A stretch of 64,000 nucleotides of DNA from Ignavibacteria bacterium UBA2360 (GTDB taxonomy: Bacteria > Bacteroidota > Ignavibacteria > Tepidaquicellales > OLB5), in contig DDTQ01000012.1 of assembly GCA_002344125.1 (NCBI GenBank), positions 424,763 to 488,762 of the forward strand, read 5' to 3'. The position numbers and the translations under genes were made by a program. The notes below the pieces were generated by a model that had not been told where the DNA came from, ran no database searches, and was given only the letters and a program-made list of their open reading frames with translations. The first letter of the stretch is position 1. Every line of letters starts with the position of its first letter. Below are positions 36,055-45,497 of the stretch, piece by piece.

Positions 36055-37839
36055 ATGAACACAAAAATTAAATTTCTATCCGCATCACTGCTGCTTATAT
36101 TGTTTGCGGCATTTGTAAACCCATCGGGTAACGATCCGAAGATCACCGAAGGTGAAGTATCAGACCACATCAAATACCTATCCAGCGATGAGCTCGGCGG
36201 GCGTTTCCCCGGCACAGATGGGGATAAACTCACGGTTGATTACATCACAGGCGAATTCAAAGAATACGGTCTGAAGCCCGCCGGTGAAAAAGGTTACCTG
36301 CAGCCATTCGATTATATCAGCGAAATAAAACTCGGCACCGGCAACTATGTCGCCTTCGGCAACGGTGAAGTTCTTAAGGGCGCAGGTGATGAATTCACAC
36401 CCGTTTACCTATCCTCAAACGGCTCCGCCTCCGGGAATATGATATTTGTGGGTTACGGCATTAACGCGCCGGAACTTAATTACAACGATTATGCCGGGCT
36501 TGATCTCAATGGCAAAATTGCCGTGATGCTGATGTTCTCACCAGGCTACAACAATCCCCATGATAACCCGTTCAGCAAGTATGAGCGCCTGCGCGTTAAA
36601 TGCGCTGCCGCAAAAGAGCAGGGCGCTGCGGGTATAATTGTAATTAAAGGACCCGAAACAGGGGAGGAAGAACTCATAAAACTCAGAATGTCAGGTCCGG
36701 GTGAAAATATTGAGCTGCCAGTTATGAATCTGAAACGGGTTTACATCGAAACATTCTTAAAAGATAGAAAGCTCACACAGATCCAAAGAGAAATTGATAG
36801 CCTTAGGGTACCGCAGTCATTTGAATTGAACCAAACAGCGCAGATAAAAACTGATCTTAACAGAATTAAAGCTGAAACGAATAATGTTATCGGCATGATA
36901 GAAGGCAGCGATGCTGCCCTGAAAAATGAATATATCCTGATTGGCGCGCACATGGATCACTTAGGCGACGGCTTAAAATACGGTTCATTACACGATAGCC
37001 ACATTGCCGAAATTCACAACGGCGCCGATGATAACGCCTCCGGCGTTGCAGGCATTTTGGAACTTGCCGAATATTACGCCGCCATCAAAAAGAAACTCAA
37101 ACGCAGCATAATATTTATGACCTTCAGCGGCGAAGAAGCGGGATTGATCGGCTCTGCTTACTTCACAAAAAGCGACCTGATGAAAAAGTACAATATCGTT
37201 ACAATGATAAATCTCGATATGGTAGGCAGGCTCACAGATAAAAAGCTTACCATTGGCGGTACAGGCACATCATCAATATGGCAGGGCTTGCTTGATTCAT
37301 TAAACAAAACCTACAATTTTGCTGCAGCCTATAACAAAGATGGATTTGGTCCAAGTGACCATGCCAGCTTTTACGCGAAAGATATTCCCGTGTTATTTTT
37401 CTTTACCGGGCTGCATAAGGATTACCACAAGCCAAGCGATGATTGGGAACACATTAATTCCGCCGGCGAAGCTGAAATACTCAATATGGTCGCATCGATC
37501 GTAAACTACATAAACTCTCAGCCGGTAAAACCTGATTTCATCAAAGTTACCGAAGAGAAAAAGGAAACCAACATGGGCTTCCGTGTTACGCTGGGCGTTA
37601 TACCTGATTATTCCAGCACCAAAGAGGGTCTGGAGCTATCGGGAGTAAAAGCCGGAGGTATTGCTGAAAAAGCGGGTCTGATGGCAGGGGATATCATCAC
37701 AAAGCTCGGACAGTATGAAATAAAAAATATCTATGATTACACCGATGCGCTTACAAAATTCAAACCCGGCGAAGAAGCAGAAGTAACATATCTCCGCGGA
37801 ACCGAAACCACAACCGTGAGGATCACCTTCGCAAAGTAG
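36055..37839 (+). CDS. M28 family metallopeptidase with PA and C-terminal PDZ domains
   Basis: HMDHLGDG, GADDNASGVAGILELA, FSGEEAGLIGS; PDZ-like GIAEKAGLMAGDIITKLG. Confidence 0.85.
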   Translation: MNTKIKFLSASLLLILFAAFVNPSGNDPKITEGEVSDHIKYLSSDELGGRFPGTDGDKLTVDYITGEFKEYGLKPAGEKGYLQPFDYISEIKLGTGNYVAFGNGEVLKGAGDEFTPVYLSSNGSASGNMIFVGYGINAPELNYNDYAGLDLNGKIAVMLMFSPGYNNPHDNPFSKYERLRVKCAAAKEQGAAGIIVIKGPETGEEELIKLRMSGPGENIELPVMNLKRVYIETFLKDRKLTQIQREIDSLRVPQSFELNQTAQIKTDLNRIKAETNNVIGMIEGSDAALKNEYILIGAHMDHLGDGLKYGSLHDSHIAEIHNGADDNASGVAGILELAEYYAAIKKKLKRSIIFMTFSGEEAGLIGSAYFTKSDLMKKYNIVTMINLDMVGRLTDKKLTIGGTGTSSIWQGLLDSLNKTYNFAAAYNKDGFGPSDHASFYAKDIPVLFFFTGLHKDYHKPSDDWEHINSAGEAEILNMVASIVNYINSQPVKPDFIKVTEEKKETNMGFRVTLGVIPDYSSTKEGLELSGVKAGGIAEKAGLMAGDIITKLGQYEIKNIYDYTDALTKFKPGEEAEVTYLRGTETTTVRITFAK

Positions 37840-38095
37840 TATGGGAAATTCGCGTTTGCCTTGTTTCTAAGGCAAAAGCGGGCATCAAATCAGTATTATA
37901 TTAAAGGAACGCCATCTCAGCGTTCCTTTTTTTTATGTCACGCCGTTTGTCATACCCCGCCCTCAGCAGTCATGCGCGCAGGCGGGTATCCAGATGATAA
38001 TTATGAAATTTCGAAAATCTATGAAGTGCTATGTTCAAAAGAATGATAACTTCATTCACATTATTTAATAAATATATTATCCTTTACATCATAAA

Positions 38096-38237
38096 ACCGC
38101 GAAGCGGTGAAATTATTGTAGATTGTTATCCAAAACGACTTTCAAAACCCCAAAGGGGTGACATTATAATTTCACCCCTTCGGGGTTCGTAAAATGTTTG
38201 ATATTTCTATCTACAATAATATCATCCCTTCGGGATT
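38096..38237. repeat. Four hairpin-plus-tail elements (three on +, one on -)
   Basis: ACCGCGAAGCGGTGAAATTATTGTAGATT; CCCCAAAGGGGTGACATTATAATTTC; ACCCCTTCGGGGTTCGTAAAATGTTTG; minus strand TCCCGAAGGGATGATATTATTGTAGA. Confidence 0.7.
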
Positions 38238-38490
38238 ATTTTAAGTCTTCAGTTAGATAATATCTTAACAAAGAAATTCTATACAACCAAAAAAAATGAA
38301 ACACCGAAAAGCCGAAGTGACTCACATATCTGCCCGCAGCAGTCATGCGCGCCTTTTACAATCCCCCATGAAAAGTCGCAGAACTGGCTTTGACAGTGGG
38401 ATTGGATTGATCTGGTACTCCGTTAATCTGAAATCTATAATAATACTTGAATCCCCGACAATTTTAATGGGGGATTTAATATAACCCAAC

Positions 38491-38519
38491 AAAAAAGGAG
38501 CCCTTTAGCTCCTTTTTTT
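38491..38519. terminator. Bidirectional Rho-independent terminator A6-GGAGC-CCTTTA-GCTCC-T7
   Basis: Lies between convergent genes. Confidence 0.7.
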
Positions 38520-38530
38520 ATTTACCTTTT

Positions 38531-38589
38531 TGCGTTCAAGAAATCCCGTAGGGATTTCGCAGTCCCGCCAAAGGCGGGATCACATTCAT
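38531..38589 (-). repeat. Double-hairpin stop-codon-abutting element, variant copy
   Basis: GAAATCCC-GTA-GGGATTTC then AGTCCCGCC-AAA-GGCGGGAT; ends 3 nt from the stop at 38593. Confidence 0.6.
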
Positions 38590-38592
38590 CGT

Positions 38593-39099
38593 TTACTTCA
38601 ATATCTTTATCCCTGTCGCCATAATCCTGTACATCTTCTGTGGACCCACAACTAAATTCGGGTCAGTACCCGCTTCTTCGGCGAAGTGTTTTGCCTGGTC
38701 TTCGGTAATTTCCCTGATGCTGAAAACGCCTTCAACTACAGCAACCTTGCCTGTGATATCCATTTCCTTTGGCATAATGAACTTATGCATCGTTAATGCG
38801 CGGATATTATTCGTACCGTCGCTAATGACAGTCCAGCAGCCGCCTGTGCGGCATAACTCGCTCATGTTTCCTTTTAATACAACGGTCTTGCCCACAAACG
38901 CTGATGTATCAGCATAAATATCGCCAACGCTGATAACTTTAAGTTCACCGTTTATATCGGTGCCGTATAACGTGCCGTCCGGAAGCTCTTTAGCTTCGAC
39001 CTTTTCATCATCTTTTTTATTTTCTTCGCCGCTCTGCGCACTCGCTGAAAGCGATGCGAAAAATAATACTAATGGCAGTAAATACTTTATAAATTTCAT
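38593..39099 (-). CDS. DUF4920-like secreted protein
   Basis: …CRTGGCWTVISDG…, …EDQAKHFAEEAGTDP…; I prefer the start MKFIKYLLPL at 39099. Confidence 0.6.
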   Translation of the reverse strand: MKFIKYLLPLVLFFASLSASAQSGEENKKDDEKVEAKELPDGTLYGTDINGELKVISVGDIYADTSAFVGKTVVLKGNMSELCRTGGCWTVISDGTNNIRALTMHKFIMPKEMDITGKVAVVEGVFSIREITEDQAKHFAEEAGTDPNLVVGPQKMYRIMATGIKILK

Positions 39100-39220
39100 T
39101 GTGTAGAATTGATTTAGTTTAAGTGAATTTACAAAAATACTTATAATCCGCAAAATTTGGAATGTAAAAAAATGTCATAAGTTTAACCAATATCCCTAAG
39201 AGGTAGTTGGAAGGCACACC

Positions 39221-39343
39221 TATCAACCCTGCCCCTAAAGGGGGGCTGGGGTCACAATTATCAACCCTCCCCCTTTAAGGGGGGCTGGGGTCACAATTAT
39301 CAACTCTCCCCCTTTAAGGGGGAGCCGGAGGGGGTCACAAAAA
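39221..39343 (+). repeat. Three head-to-tail 39-46-nt units TATCAACCCTCCCCCTTTAAGGGGGGCTGGGGTCACAAT
   Basis: Units at 39221-39258, 39259-39297 and 39298-39343; each contains a C-arm/G-arm hairpin. Confidence 0.85.
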
Positions 39344-39373
39344 TAGATTTCTACCTCACAAGAACCAACTATT

Positions 39374-39874
39374 CTATAGAACAAACATTACACCTGCAGT
39401 AAACAAAAACATTGCAGAGTTATCATAATGAATAGGACTTTTGATTTCTATAGATACGGCTTGTTTTTTGCTTAAGAAATAACCGGCTTTGAAACCAGCC
39501 ATGAAATCAAAACCCAACCCGCCCTGGCCAATCAAGAGTGCACCGCCTGCCCCAATTGATAATATTAAGTTATCCTCTTCAAACCCAACTGATGGAATGA
39601 AATCAAATGACACGACAACTTTTCTGCTGAATTCAGGTTTGTAAATATCGATGCCTGTATTTAAAGAAACAAAACTGTTTAGTCTGTTTGTTAAAGTTCC
39701 TGATACTACATAAGATGTTTCATCCTGTCTACTTTCTGATAGTGAAAAAACTTTATATATACCTGCTCCTGTATAAAGCAAAGTTTTATGAGAACGCCAT
39801 GAGTCTGTTATACTTTGTGAATTGAGAGATTCTAAGAGTAAGAATGCTAATAATATAACGGCTCTTGATCTCAA
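39374..39874 (-). CDS. Small predicted outer-membrane beta-barrel protein (paralog family)
   Basis: Signal peptide, alternating beta-strand pattern, C-terminal …TAGVMFVL; 4-nt overlap with the upstream paralog. Confidence 0.45.
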   Translation of the reverse strand: MRSRAVILLAFLLLESLNSQSITDSWRSHKTLLYTGAGIYKVFSLSESRQDETSYVVSGTLTNRLNSFVSLNTGIDIYKPEFSRKVVVSFDFIPSVGFEEDNLILSIGAGGALLIGQGGLGFDFMAGFKAGYFLSKKQAVSIEIKSPIHYDNSAMFLFTAGVMFVL

Positions 39875-40428
39875 AAAAACACCACTCCAATCGTCGCAAA
39901 CGGATTATGATAGAACTCATCATAATGCGATCTTCTTATCACCGGCATCTGAATGCCCGCTGAAAGCGAAACATACCTGTTGAATCTGTACAGGTAATTT
40001 ACACCCACAAAAAATGCTATAATTGCAGTATTGTCATTCGGGGTGAACATACTCAATCCCGTATTAACACTGATGCTGTGTTGCTTTATAACCAAAGGCA
40101 CTCCTGTAAATCCCACTGAAAAGTATGGCGCAGTATTTCCTATCTCATTATTCGTTTTCAAATTTCCGTAAGCCGCCCTCAAAAATATTCTTTTGTCATA
40201 AAGATTAACTTGACCGAAGATCCACCACCCATTATAAAAATATTTCTTCTCCTTTAGTGGTATGGCGGGACCGAATTCCATCCCAACCTGAAAGGGGAGA
40301 TCCGATAACGAATTATTCCCCTTAAAATCAGCGGACTTGTTGAAACTTACTTCACTTTCCTGTGAATACACAGAAGTAAACAGACCGGCGAGAATAAAAT
40401 ACAATAACCCGGCAATTCTTGTTTTCAT
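39871..40428 (-). CDS. Small predicted outer-membrane beta-barrel protein (paralog family)
   Basis: Signal peptide; ends …ATIGVVFF. Confidence 0.45.
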   Translation of the reverse strand: MKTRIAGLLYFILAGLFTSVYSQESEVSFNKSADFKGNNSLSDLPFQVGMEFGPAIPLKEKKYFYNGWWIFGQVNLYDKRIFLRAAYGNLKTNNEIGNTAPYFSVGFTGVPLVIKQHSISVNTGLSMFTPNDNTAIIAFFVGVNYLYRFNRYVSLSAGIQMPVIRRSHYDEFYHNPFATIGVVFF

Positions 40429-40468
40429 ACTATTTACTTTATAAGTACCATTTTCCTGGTTTCAATAT

Positions 40469-40520
40469 AATTCCCCTCTGGCGAGGGGTGTTCCGATTTA
40501 TCGGAACGGGGTGTGTTAAC
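40469..40520 (+). repeat. AATTCCCCTC…GAGGGGTG[inner hairpin]CGGGGTGTGTTAA element, copy 2
   Basis: See 35363..35413. Confidence 0.6.
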
Positions 40521-40579
40521 TCAGATTCTGTAAAAATACACACCGCTTGGTATGTATGATGCATCATAGCCATAGGTAA

Positions 40580-41176
40580 TCAATTTGTTAAAAATTGAAA
40601 ACCTGCTGTAATTAAAGTATTACGAAAGCCGCCAAACGGATATCGTAAGCTTAACGATATTCCAAAATACTCAGTTGTTGAGTACATGTAGTTCAGTGCC
40701 GCAAAGCCGGATAAACCTCCTCCAATACCCCCGGAATCGGACGAATTCCACACGCCAAATACTGCTGAATGTAATGCTAAACTGCTGTGTTTTGTCTTCA
40801 AGAATTTATATCTCAAACCTGCTGAAGAATACGAAGTATTGGTTTTTAATTTACTTTCAAAGAACTGACCATACTCTAACAATAAGAATAGTTTCTTTGA
40901 TGATAAATTAACACTGAAGTTTCCTATAATTCCCGGAGTCACAAGTTTCTGTTTCAGGTCATAGTTCAGTGCAAAACTAATCCCAAATCCAAACGGAAAA
41001 TTCCGAAGGTTGTTATCTGCCCCTGAATAATATGATTTAAGTCTCAAAGTACTGCTGAAATTAATATTAGTAAGCGGATTTAAATTGATTCTCTCCTGGC
41101 CAAAGGATTCTACTGCATTTAGAGAATAAATACTTATGAGGATGTATATATGATATTTTAAGGATTTAAGGATCAA
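40580..41176 (-). CDS. Small predicted outer-membrane beta-barrel protein (paralog of 59493..60008)
   Basis: Shared blocks LVTPGIIGNFSVNLS / SAGLRYKF / SLRYPFGGF…TAGFQFL. Confidence 0.5.
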   Translation of the reverse strand: MILKSLKYHIYILISIYSLNAVESFGQERINLNPLTNINFSSTLRLKSYYSGADNNLRNFPFGFGISFALNYDLKQKLVTPGIIGNFSVNLSSKKLFLLLEYGQFFESKLKTNTSYSSAGLRYKFLKTKHSSLALHSAVFGVWNSSDSGGIGGGLSGFAALNYMYSTTEYFGISLSLRYPFGGFRNTLITAGFQFLTN

Positions 41177-41260
41177 ATTATAGAGTATTCATTTTTTCTT
41201 TGGGTTTATTGATCTAAAATAACAAACAATCGGTCACTTATCAAGCCGAATTTCCCCCAT

Positions 41261-41288
41261 AAAAAAAGCCGCCCCAATTGAGACGGCT
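41261..41288 (-). terminator. Rho-independent terminator downstream of glmS
   Basis: Minus strand AGCCGTCTCAATTGGGGCGGCT followed by T7. Confidence 0.6.
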
Positions 41289-41431
41289 GTTAAGCATTAA
41301 AATTAATTAAATCTCACCCTGAGCTTATCGAAGGGTGTAGTATCCAGTCCAACATCCCTCGACAAGCTCGGGATGAAGAATTCTATCAGTGTAGACTATG
41401 TCGATTAATGATCTTGGTAACTAAAACCCTC

Positions 41432-43276
41432 TTATTCCACTGTTACGCTTTTAGCCAGATTTCTCGGCTGATCAACATTACAGCCGCGCAGTACTGCTAA
41501 GTGATACGCAAGCATCTGCAGCGGTATCGTTGTAAGTATCGGTGAAAGCATTTCCAGCGTGTGCGGTATCCTTATCACGTAATCGGAATATTCATCAATA
41601 TGCCCGTCGGAATCAAAATCAGTGATAGTTATCACAACGCCTTTTCTTGCCTTTACTTCGCGGATATTTGAAATTACTTTTTCGTAAGTTGAATCCTTCG
41701 GCGCAATTACTATTACAGGCATGTTCTGGTCAATTAATGCGATCGGTCCGTGTTTCATCTCCGCTGCGGGGTAACCCTCAGCGTGGATGTACGAAATTTC
41801 TTTCAGCTTCAGTGCGCCTTCAAGCGCTACCGGGAAGTTATATCCTCTGCCCAGGTACAGCATGTGCTGACAGAACTTGAAGACTTTAGCAATTTCAAGT
41901 ATCTTATTGTTTAACGCAAGTATTTCTTTTATCTTCTCAGGTATCCTGAGCAGTTCGTCGGTGATTTCTTTTATCTCATGCGCCGGCAGTGAATTCCTGT
42001 ATTGCGCTATCATTAATGAAATTAACGCAAGTCCGGTTAACTGTGATGTAAACGCCTTTGTTGATGCAACACCAATTTCGGGTCCCGCGTGAGTGTAAAC
42101 ACCTGCGTGGGTTTCCCTTGCAATTGTGCTTCCAACAACGTTTACAATACCATATACATCAGCGCCCCGTGATTTAGCTTCCTTAAGCGCAGCAAGTGTA
42201 TCAGCGGTTTCACCGCTCTGGCTGATAACGAACATTATATCGTTGGGGTAAATTACCGGGTTGCGGTAACGGAACTCAGACGCGTATTCAACCTCAACGG
42301 GTATCTTGCACATCTGTTCTATCATATACTCGCCAACCAAACCGGCATGCCATGCCGTTCCGCAGGCGGAAATAATTATTCTGGGCGCGAATTTTAATTT
42401 ATCGGTAACGTTCATTAAGCCGCCAAGCTTAACCAGGCCGTTATCCTTTATTATTCTTCCGCGCATTGTGTTTGTTATTGAATCAGGCTGCTCGTTGATC
42501 TCCTTTAACATAAAGTGATCGTAGCCGCCTTTTTCTATCTCTTCAAGATCAAATGTGATTTCTTCAAGCTCGCGCTCAATGGTTTCATCGTGAATAGTTT
42601 TTATAACGAACTTATCACGGTTAACAATAACCATTTCGCCATCCATTAGATACAATACCTGGCGCGTATGCGGAACTATTGCCGCAGCATCTGAAGCTAT
42701 TATAAACTCATCATCACCAACGCCCAGTACAAGAGGTGATCCTTTTCTTGCCGCAATGATCTTATCGGTTTCGAACTTTGAAAGTACGCACATGCCATAA
42801 GTACCGTCAACTTCAGCAAGTGTAAGCTGTACAGCTTTTTCAAAATCCATTACATTCTTGTAATGAGAGCGTATTAAATGCACAAGGCACTCAGTATCCG
42901 TATCGGTCATGAACTGGTAACCTTCGCGCTCAAGCCTTGTTTTCAGTACATTATAGTTTTCTATGATACCGTTGTGTATCACAACAATTTCATTGCCATC
43001 ATCAAAGATAGGGTGCGCGTTGCGGTTGTTAGGTTCACCGTGTGTTGCCCATCTTGTATGCCCGAATCCTATATTGGCTGTATGATCATACCCGTTTGAG
43101 CCTAAAAGATTTTCAAGATCTGTGACCTTTCCCGCGGTTTTGCGAACCGCAATTTCATTATCAAACATCAGCGCAACCCCGGCAGAGTCGTATCCTCTGT
43201 ATTCAAGCTTCTTCAATCCGCTAAGGATTATAGGAAGTGCCTGTTTATTACCTAAATACGCAACTATTCCACACAT
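41432..43276 (-). CDS. glmS: Glutamine--fructose-6-phosphate aminotransferase
   Basis: MCGIVAY N-terminal nucleophile, two SIS domains, C-terminal …NLAKSVTVE. Confidence 0.95.
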   Translation of the reverse strand: MCGIVAYLGNKQALPIILSGLKKLEYRGYDSAGVALMFDNEIAVRKTAGKVTDLENLLGSNGYDHTANIGFGHTRWATHGEPNNRNAHPIFDDGNEIVVIHNGIIENYNVLKTRLEREGYQFMTDTDTECLVHLIRSHYKNVMDFEKAVQLTLAEVDGTYGMCVLSKFETDKIIAARKGSPLVLGVGDDEFIIASDAAAIVPHTRQVLYLMDGEMVIVNRDKFVIKTIHDETIERELEEITFDLEEIEKGGYDHFMLKEINEQPDSITNTMRGRIIKDNGLVKLGGLMNVTDKLKFAPRIIISACGTAWHAGLVGEYMIEQMCKIPVEVEYASEFRYRNPVIYPNDIMFVISQSGETADTLAALKEAKSRGADVYGIVNVVGSTIARETHAGVYTHAGPEIGVASTKAFTSQLTGLALISLMIAQYRNSLPAHEIKEITDELLRIPEKIKEILALNNKILEIAKVFKFCQHMLYLGRGYNFPVALEGALKLKEISYIHAEGYPAAEMKHGPIALIDQNMPVIVIAPKDSTYEKVISNIREVKARKGVVITITDFDSDGHIDEYSDYVIRIPHTLEMLSPILTTIPLQMLAYHLAVLRGCNVDQPRNLAKSVTVE

Positions 43277-43330
43277 TAATTTTTTGTTTAAATGTTAAAA
43301 AATCCGATTTAATTACAGTAAACATAGTAT

Positions 43331-43404
43331 AAAAGGTGTAGGTTAACAATACCACCTATACGTTACAAAAGCACCTTATGGTTTACAAAACCCACCATGG
43401 GTTA
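43331..43404 (-). repeat. Three to four hairpin-plus-TTTGTAA-tail elements on the minus strand
   Basis: Minus strand: ACCCATGGTGGGTTTTGTAA / ACCATAAGGTGCTTTTGTAA / CGTATAGGTGGTATTGTTAA. Confidence 0.55.
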
Positions 43405-43412
43405 CTATCTTA

Positions 43413-44879
43413 TTAAATCCCAAGCAAATTTGAGCAATATTTTGCCCAGTTCAATAAAGGGGATAAGTAAAATCCCTGTAATATTGCCGTAAATAAAAGA
43501 ATTAACAATATAATAAGGGATATCGTTTCCGTATTTTGTTTATTTTCAGGCACTTCACCCCGGAAAATTAACGCAATAAACCGGTAAATTACGAATAGAA
43601 ATACCGCGCTTGAAAGCACGCCAACTGAGGTAAGCCATAAGTAAGGAGTATTAGTTAGTGTAAAGTAAAGCATCAACTTTCCTGTGAATCCGCCCGTTAA
43701 CGGAAAGCCCGCAGATGACAACAGAAAAAATATAAATGCCGAAAATAAAAATTTATCACTCCGGCCTTTGCCTTTAAGATCATCCTTTTGTGTGATTTCG
43801 TATTTTTCCTTAAACAGCTTCAGACAAATTGTTAAACCAAGCGTATTGAGGGCAAACAATACAGCATTGAAAATAAATGCGGCGATACCCTCATGCGAAG
43901 CTGAGATGAGACCTAATAACAAATATCCCGCGGATGATATTGAAATGAAAGTTACTATTTTTTTCAGGTCATACTGCCACAGTATAATGAAGTTACCTGC
44001 AAGAATCGAAAATGCCGCAATTATCACAAGCATTAATTGCCAGTTTATACCCTGAATGAAAATAAGCCCTTCACTTCCCGTCTGAAAAGTGCCGCTATCA
44101 TGAAGTATTGTAAAAATAAATCTGGCCGCCGCAAACAGCGAAGCCAGTAAATTGATAAGAATAAACTGAAGTAAGTGTTCTTTCTTTACTGAATTACTGA
44201 ATGCCGCGAAGTTCAGGTTCAACGGTGCGAGCAGGGCGTTATAAAATATTCCCGCAAGTACCATAATAAAGCCAACAAGAAAAATCTGTATGTTAAACGG
44301 ATTACCTGAAATGAATTTCGCTATTGCTGAATAATCACCAGACCCCGATACCCCATATATCAATGTTGCGCCATACAGCATTATGGCGGCGAAGACTCCG
44401 TTGAATATGTAATATTTAATTGCGGATTTGAGTTCATATCTGAAAATGAGCAGTAGGGGAATAACCATCACCTGCATTGAAACGAACAACACAAATATAT
44501 TCGATGCGCTCACACTTAGCAGCGCGCCTATGAATGATACAGATGCAAGATTGAGGTCACCCTTATTACTTTTGCCGCGATAGAACACCAATGCTATTAC
44601 AACCATGGATGTAGTTAATATCACGCGCGCTCCGTAACTAAAATGATCTGCCGAGAATGCTCCGCTGAAAAGATGTTGCGGCGCGAAGTACGCCTGCGCG
44701 TAACTGGATATAGCTGCTGCAATCACACCACCGGAAAAAACATAGTACGCGATCTTTTCAGTCAGTTGTTTACCGCTTGAAATATTTGCGGAGCTTAATA
44801 CATTAAGAATAATTACCGCAAGAGAGAGTGTTATTTCAGGAAGAAAATTGAATAAAATATTAACTGTTTCCTGGTTCAA
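43413..44879 (-). CDS. NuoN/MrpD-family proton-translocating antiporter-like membrane subunit
   Basis: 488 aa, about 14 TM; N-terminus …FNFLPEITLSLAVIILNVL typical of NuoN. Confidence 0.75.
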   Translation of the reverse strand: MNQETVNILFNFLPEITLSLAVIILNVLSSANISSGKQLTEKIAYYVFSGGVIAAAISSYAQAYFAPQHLFSGAFSADHFSYGARVILTTSMVVIALVFYRGKSNKGDLNLASVSFIGALLSVSASNIFVLFVSMQVMVIPLLLIFRYELKSAIKYYIFNGVFAAIMLYGATLIYGVSGSGDYSAIAKFISGNPFNIQIFLVGFIMVLAGIFYNALLAPLNLNFAAFSNSVKKEHLLQFILINLLASLFAAARFIFTILHDSGTFQTGSEGLIFIQGINWQLMLVIIAAFSILAGNFIILWQYDLKKIVTFISISSAGYLLLGLISASHEGIAAFIFNAVLFALNTLGLTICLKLFKEKYEITQKDDLKGKGRSDKFLFSAFIFFLLSSAGFPLTGGFTGKLMLYFTLTNTPYLWLTSVGVLSSAVFLFVIYRFIALIFRGEVPENKQNTETISLIILLILLFTAILQGFYLSPLLNWAKYCSNLLGI

Positions 44880-44997
44880 TTATTTTATGTTTTTTGTACA
44901 TAATTCCCGCGAAAGCGGGAATCTAATTGTGCATTTTGTTCTCATTACGAAAGGGAGCAAATCATAACATATAGATTGCAATGCTAAATAATACTTT

Positions 44998-45167
44998 TGT
45001 ACCGCCAAACGACTGCGGTGGCAGTCAGGGACTTTCTCACCGTTACAATGTTACCATTACTAGAATCTAACTTAGCGCGCCTGACTGGAAACTGCAAAGC
45101 AGTTAACAGTCCTGACTTGCAACTGCGTAGCAGTTGAAAGTTCTACCAATTCCGCTGTAATCCTATT
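44998..45167 (-). repeat. tRNA-Leu-derived unit 1 (not a functional tRNA): D-arm to 3-prime end retained, hairpins inserted in the D- and T-loops, extra 31-nt subrepeat
   Basis: 44998-45080 is identical to 45168-45250. T-loop TTCGAGT is replaced by …GACTGCCACCGCAGTC…; the anticodon stem is disrupted. Confidence 0.8.
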
Positions 45168-45306
45168 TGTACCGCCAAACGACTGCGGTGGCAGTCAGGG
45201 ACTTTCTCACCGTTACAATGTTACCATTACTAGAATCTAACTTAGCGCGCTTGACTTGCAACTGCGTAGCAGTTGAAAGTTCTACCAATTCCGCTGTAAT
45301 CCTATT
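45168..45306 (-). repeat. tRNA-Leu-derived unit 2
   Basis: GGAATTGGTAGA[ACTTTCAACTGCTACGCAGTTGCAAGTCAA]GCGCGC…AACGGT[GAGAAAGTCCCTGACTGCCACCGCAGT]CGTTTGGCGGTACA. Confidence 0.8.
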
Positions 45307-45308
45307 TG

Positions 45309-45392
45309 TACCGCCAAACGGACTCGAACCGTTACAATGTTGCCATTACTAGATTTTGAGTCTAGCGCGTCTACCAATTCCGCCATGGCGGC
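45309..45392 (-). tRNA. tRNA-Leu (anticodon CAA), class II with long variable arm
   Basis: Manual fold: acceptor GCCGCCA/TGGCGGT, D-arm GCGGAATTGGTAGACGC, anticodon arm CTAGA-CTCAAAA-TCTAG, variable arm AATG-GCAA-CATT, T-arm AACGG-TTCGAGT-CCGTT. CCA is not encoded. Confidence 0.85.
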
Positions 45393-45423
45393 AAGGCACA
45401 AAAACTATTAAATGAACTTAAAC

Positions 45424-45490
45424 CTAACTTAGAGCGCTTGACTTGCAACTGCGAAGCAGTTAACAGTACTAACAATTCTGCATAAGCCGC
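45424..45490 (-). repeat. Partial tRNA-derived unit (5-prime half only, with D-loop hairpin)
   Basis: GCAGAATTGTTAGTA[CTGTTAACTGCTTCGCAGTTGCAAGTCAA]GCGCTCTAAGTTAGG; lies between the GIY-YIG stop and the tRNA. Confidence 0.7.
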
Positions 45491-45497
45491 AAGCTTA

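Noticed and set aside
35267-36233. Five overlapping minus-strand ORFs of 67-112 aa (35267..35470, 35296..35526, 35486..35824, 35770..36027, 36024..36233)
   Set aside because: They are translations of the repeat-filled spacer. Two begin with the same MHSNEKHYIFTV because they read through the two copies of the 130-nt repeat. They overlap each other and the start of the M28 peptidase gene.
37861-38484. ORFs 37861..38046 and 38296..38484
   Set aside because: They lie in a hairpin-rich convergent spacer, have no start context, and are short and low-complexity.
39221-39343. Possible short CRISPR array
   Set aside because: The units are directly adjacent with no spacers, and the third is diverged.
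43277-43412. glmS ribozyme upstream of glmS
   Set aside because: The leader consists of hairpin-plus-TTTGTAA repeat copies. I could not recognise the glmS ribozyme core, and that ribozyme is not expected outside Firmicutes-like lineages. An Infernal search would settle it.
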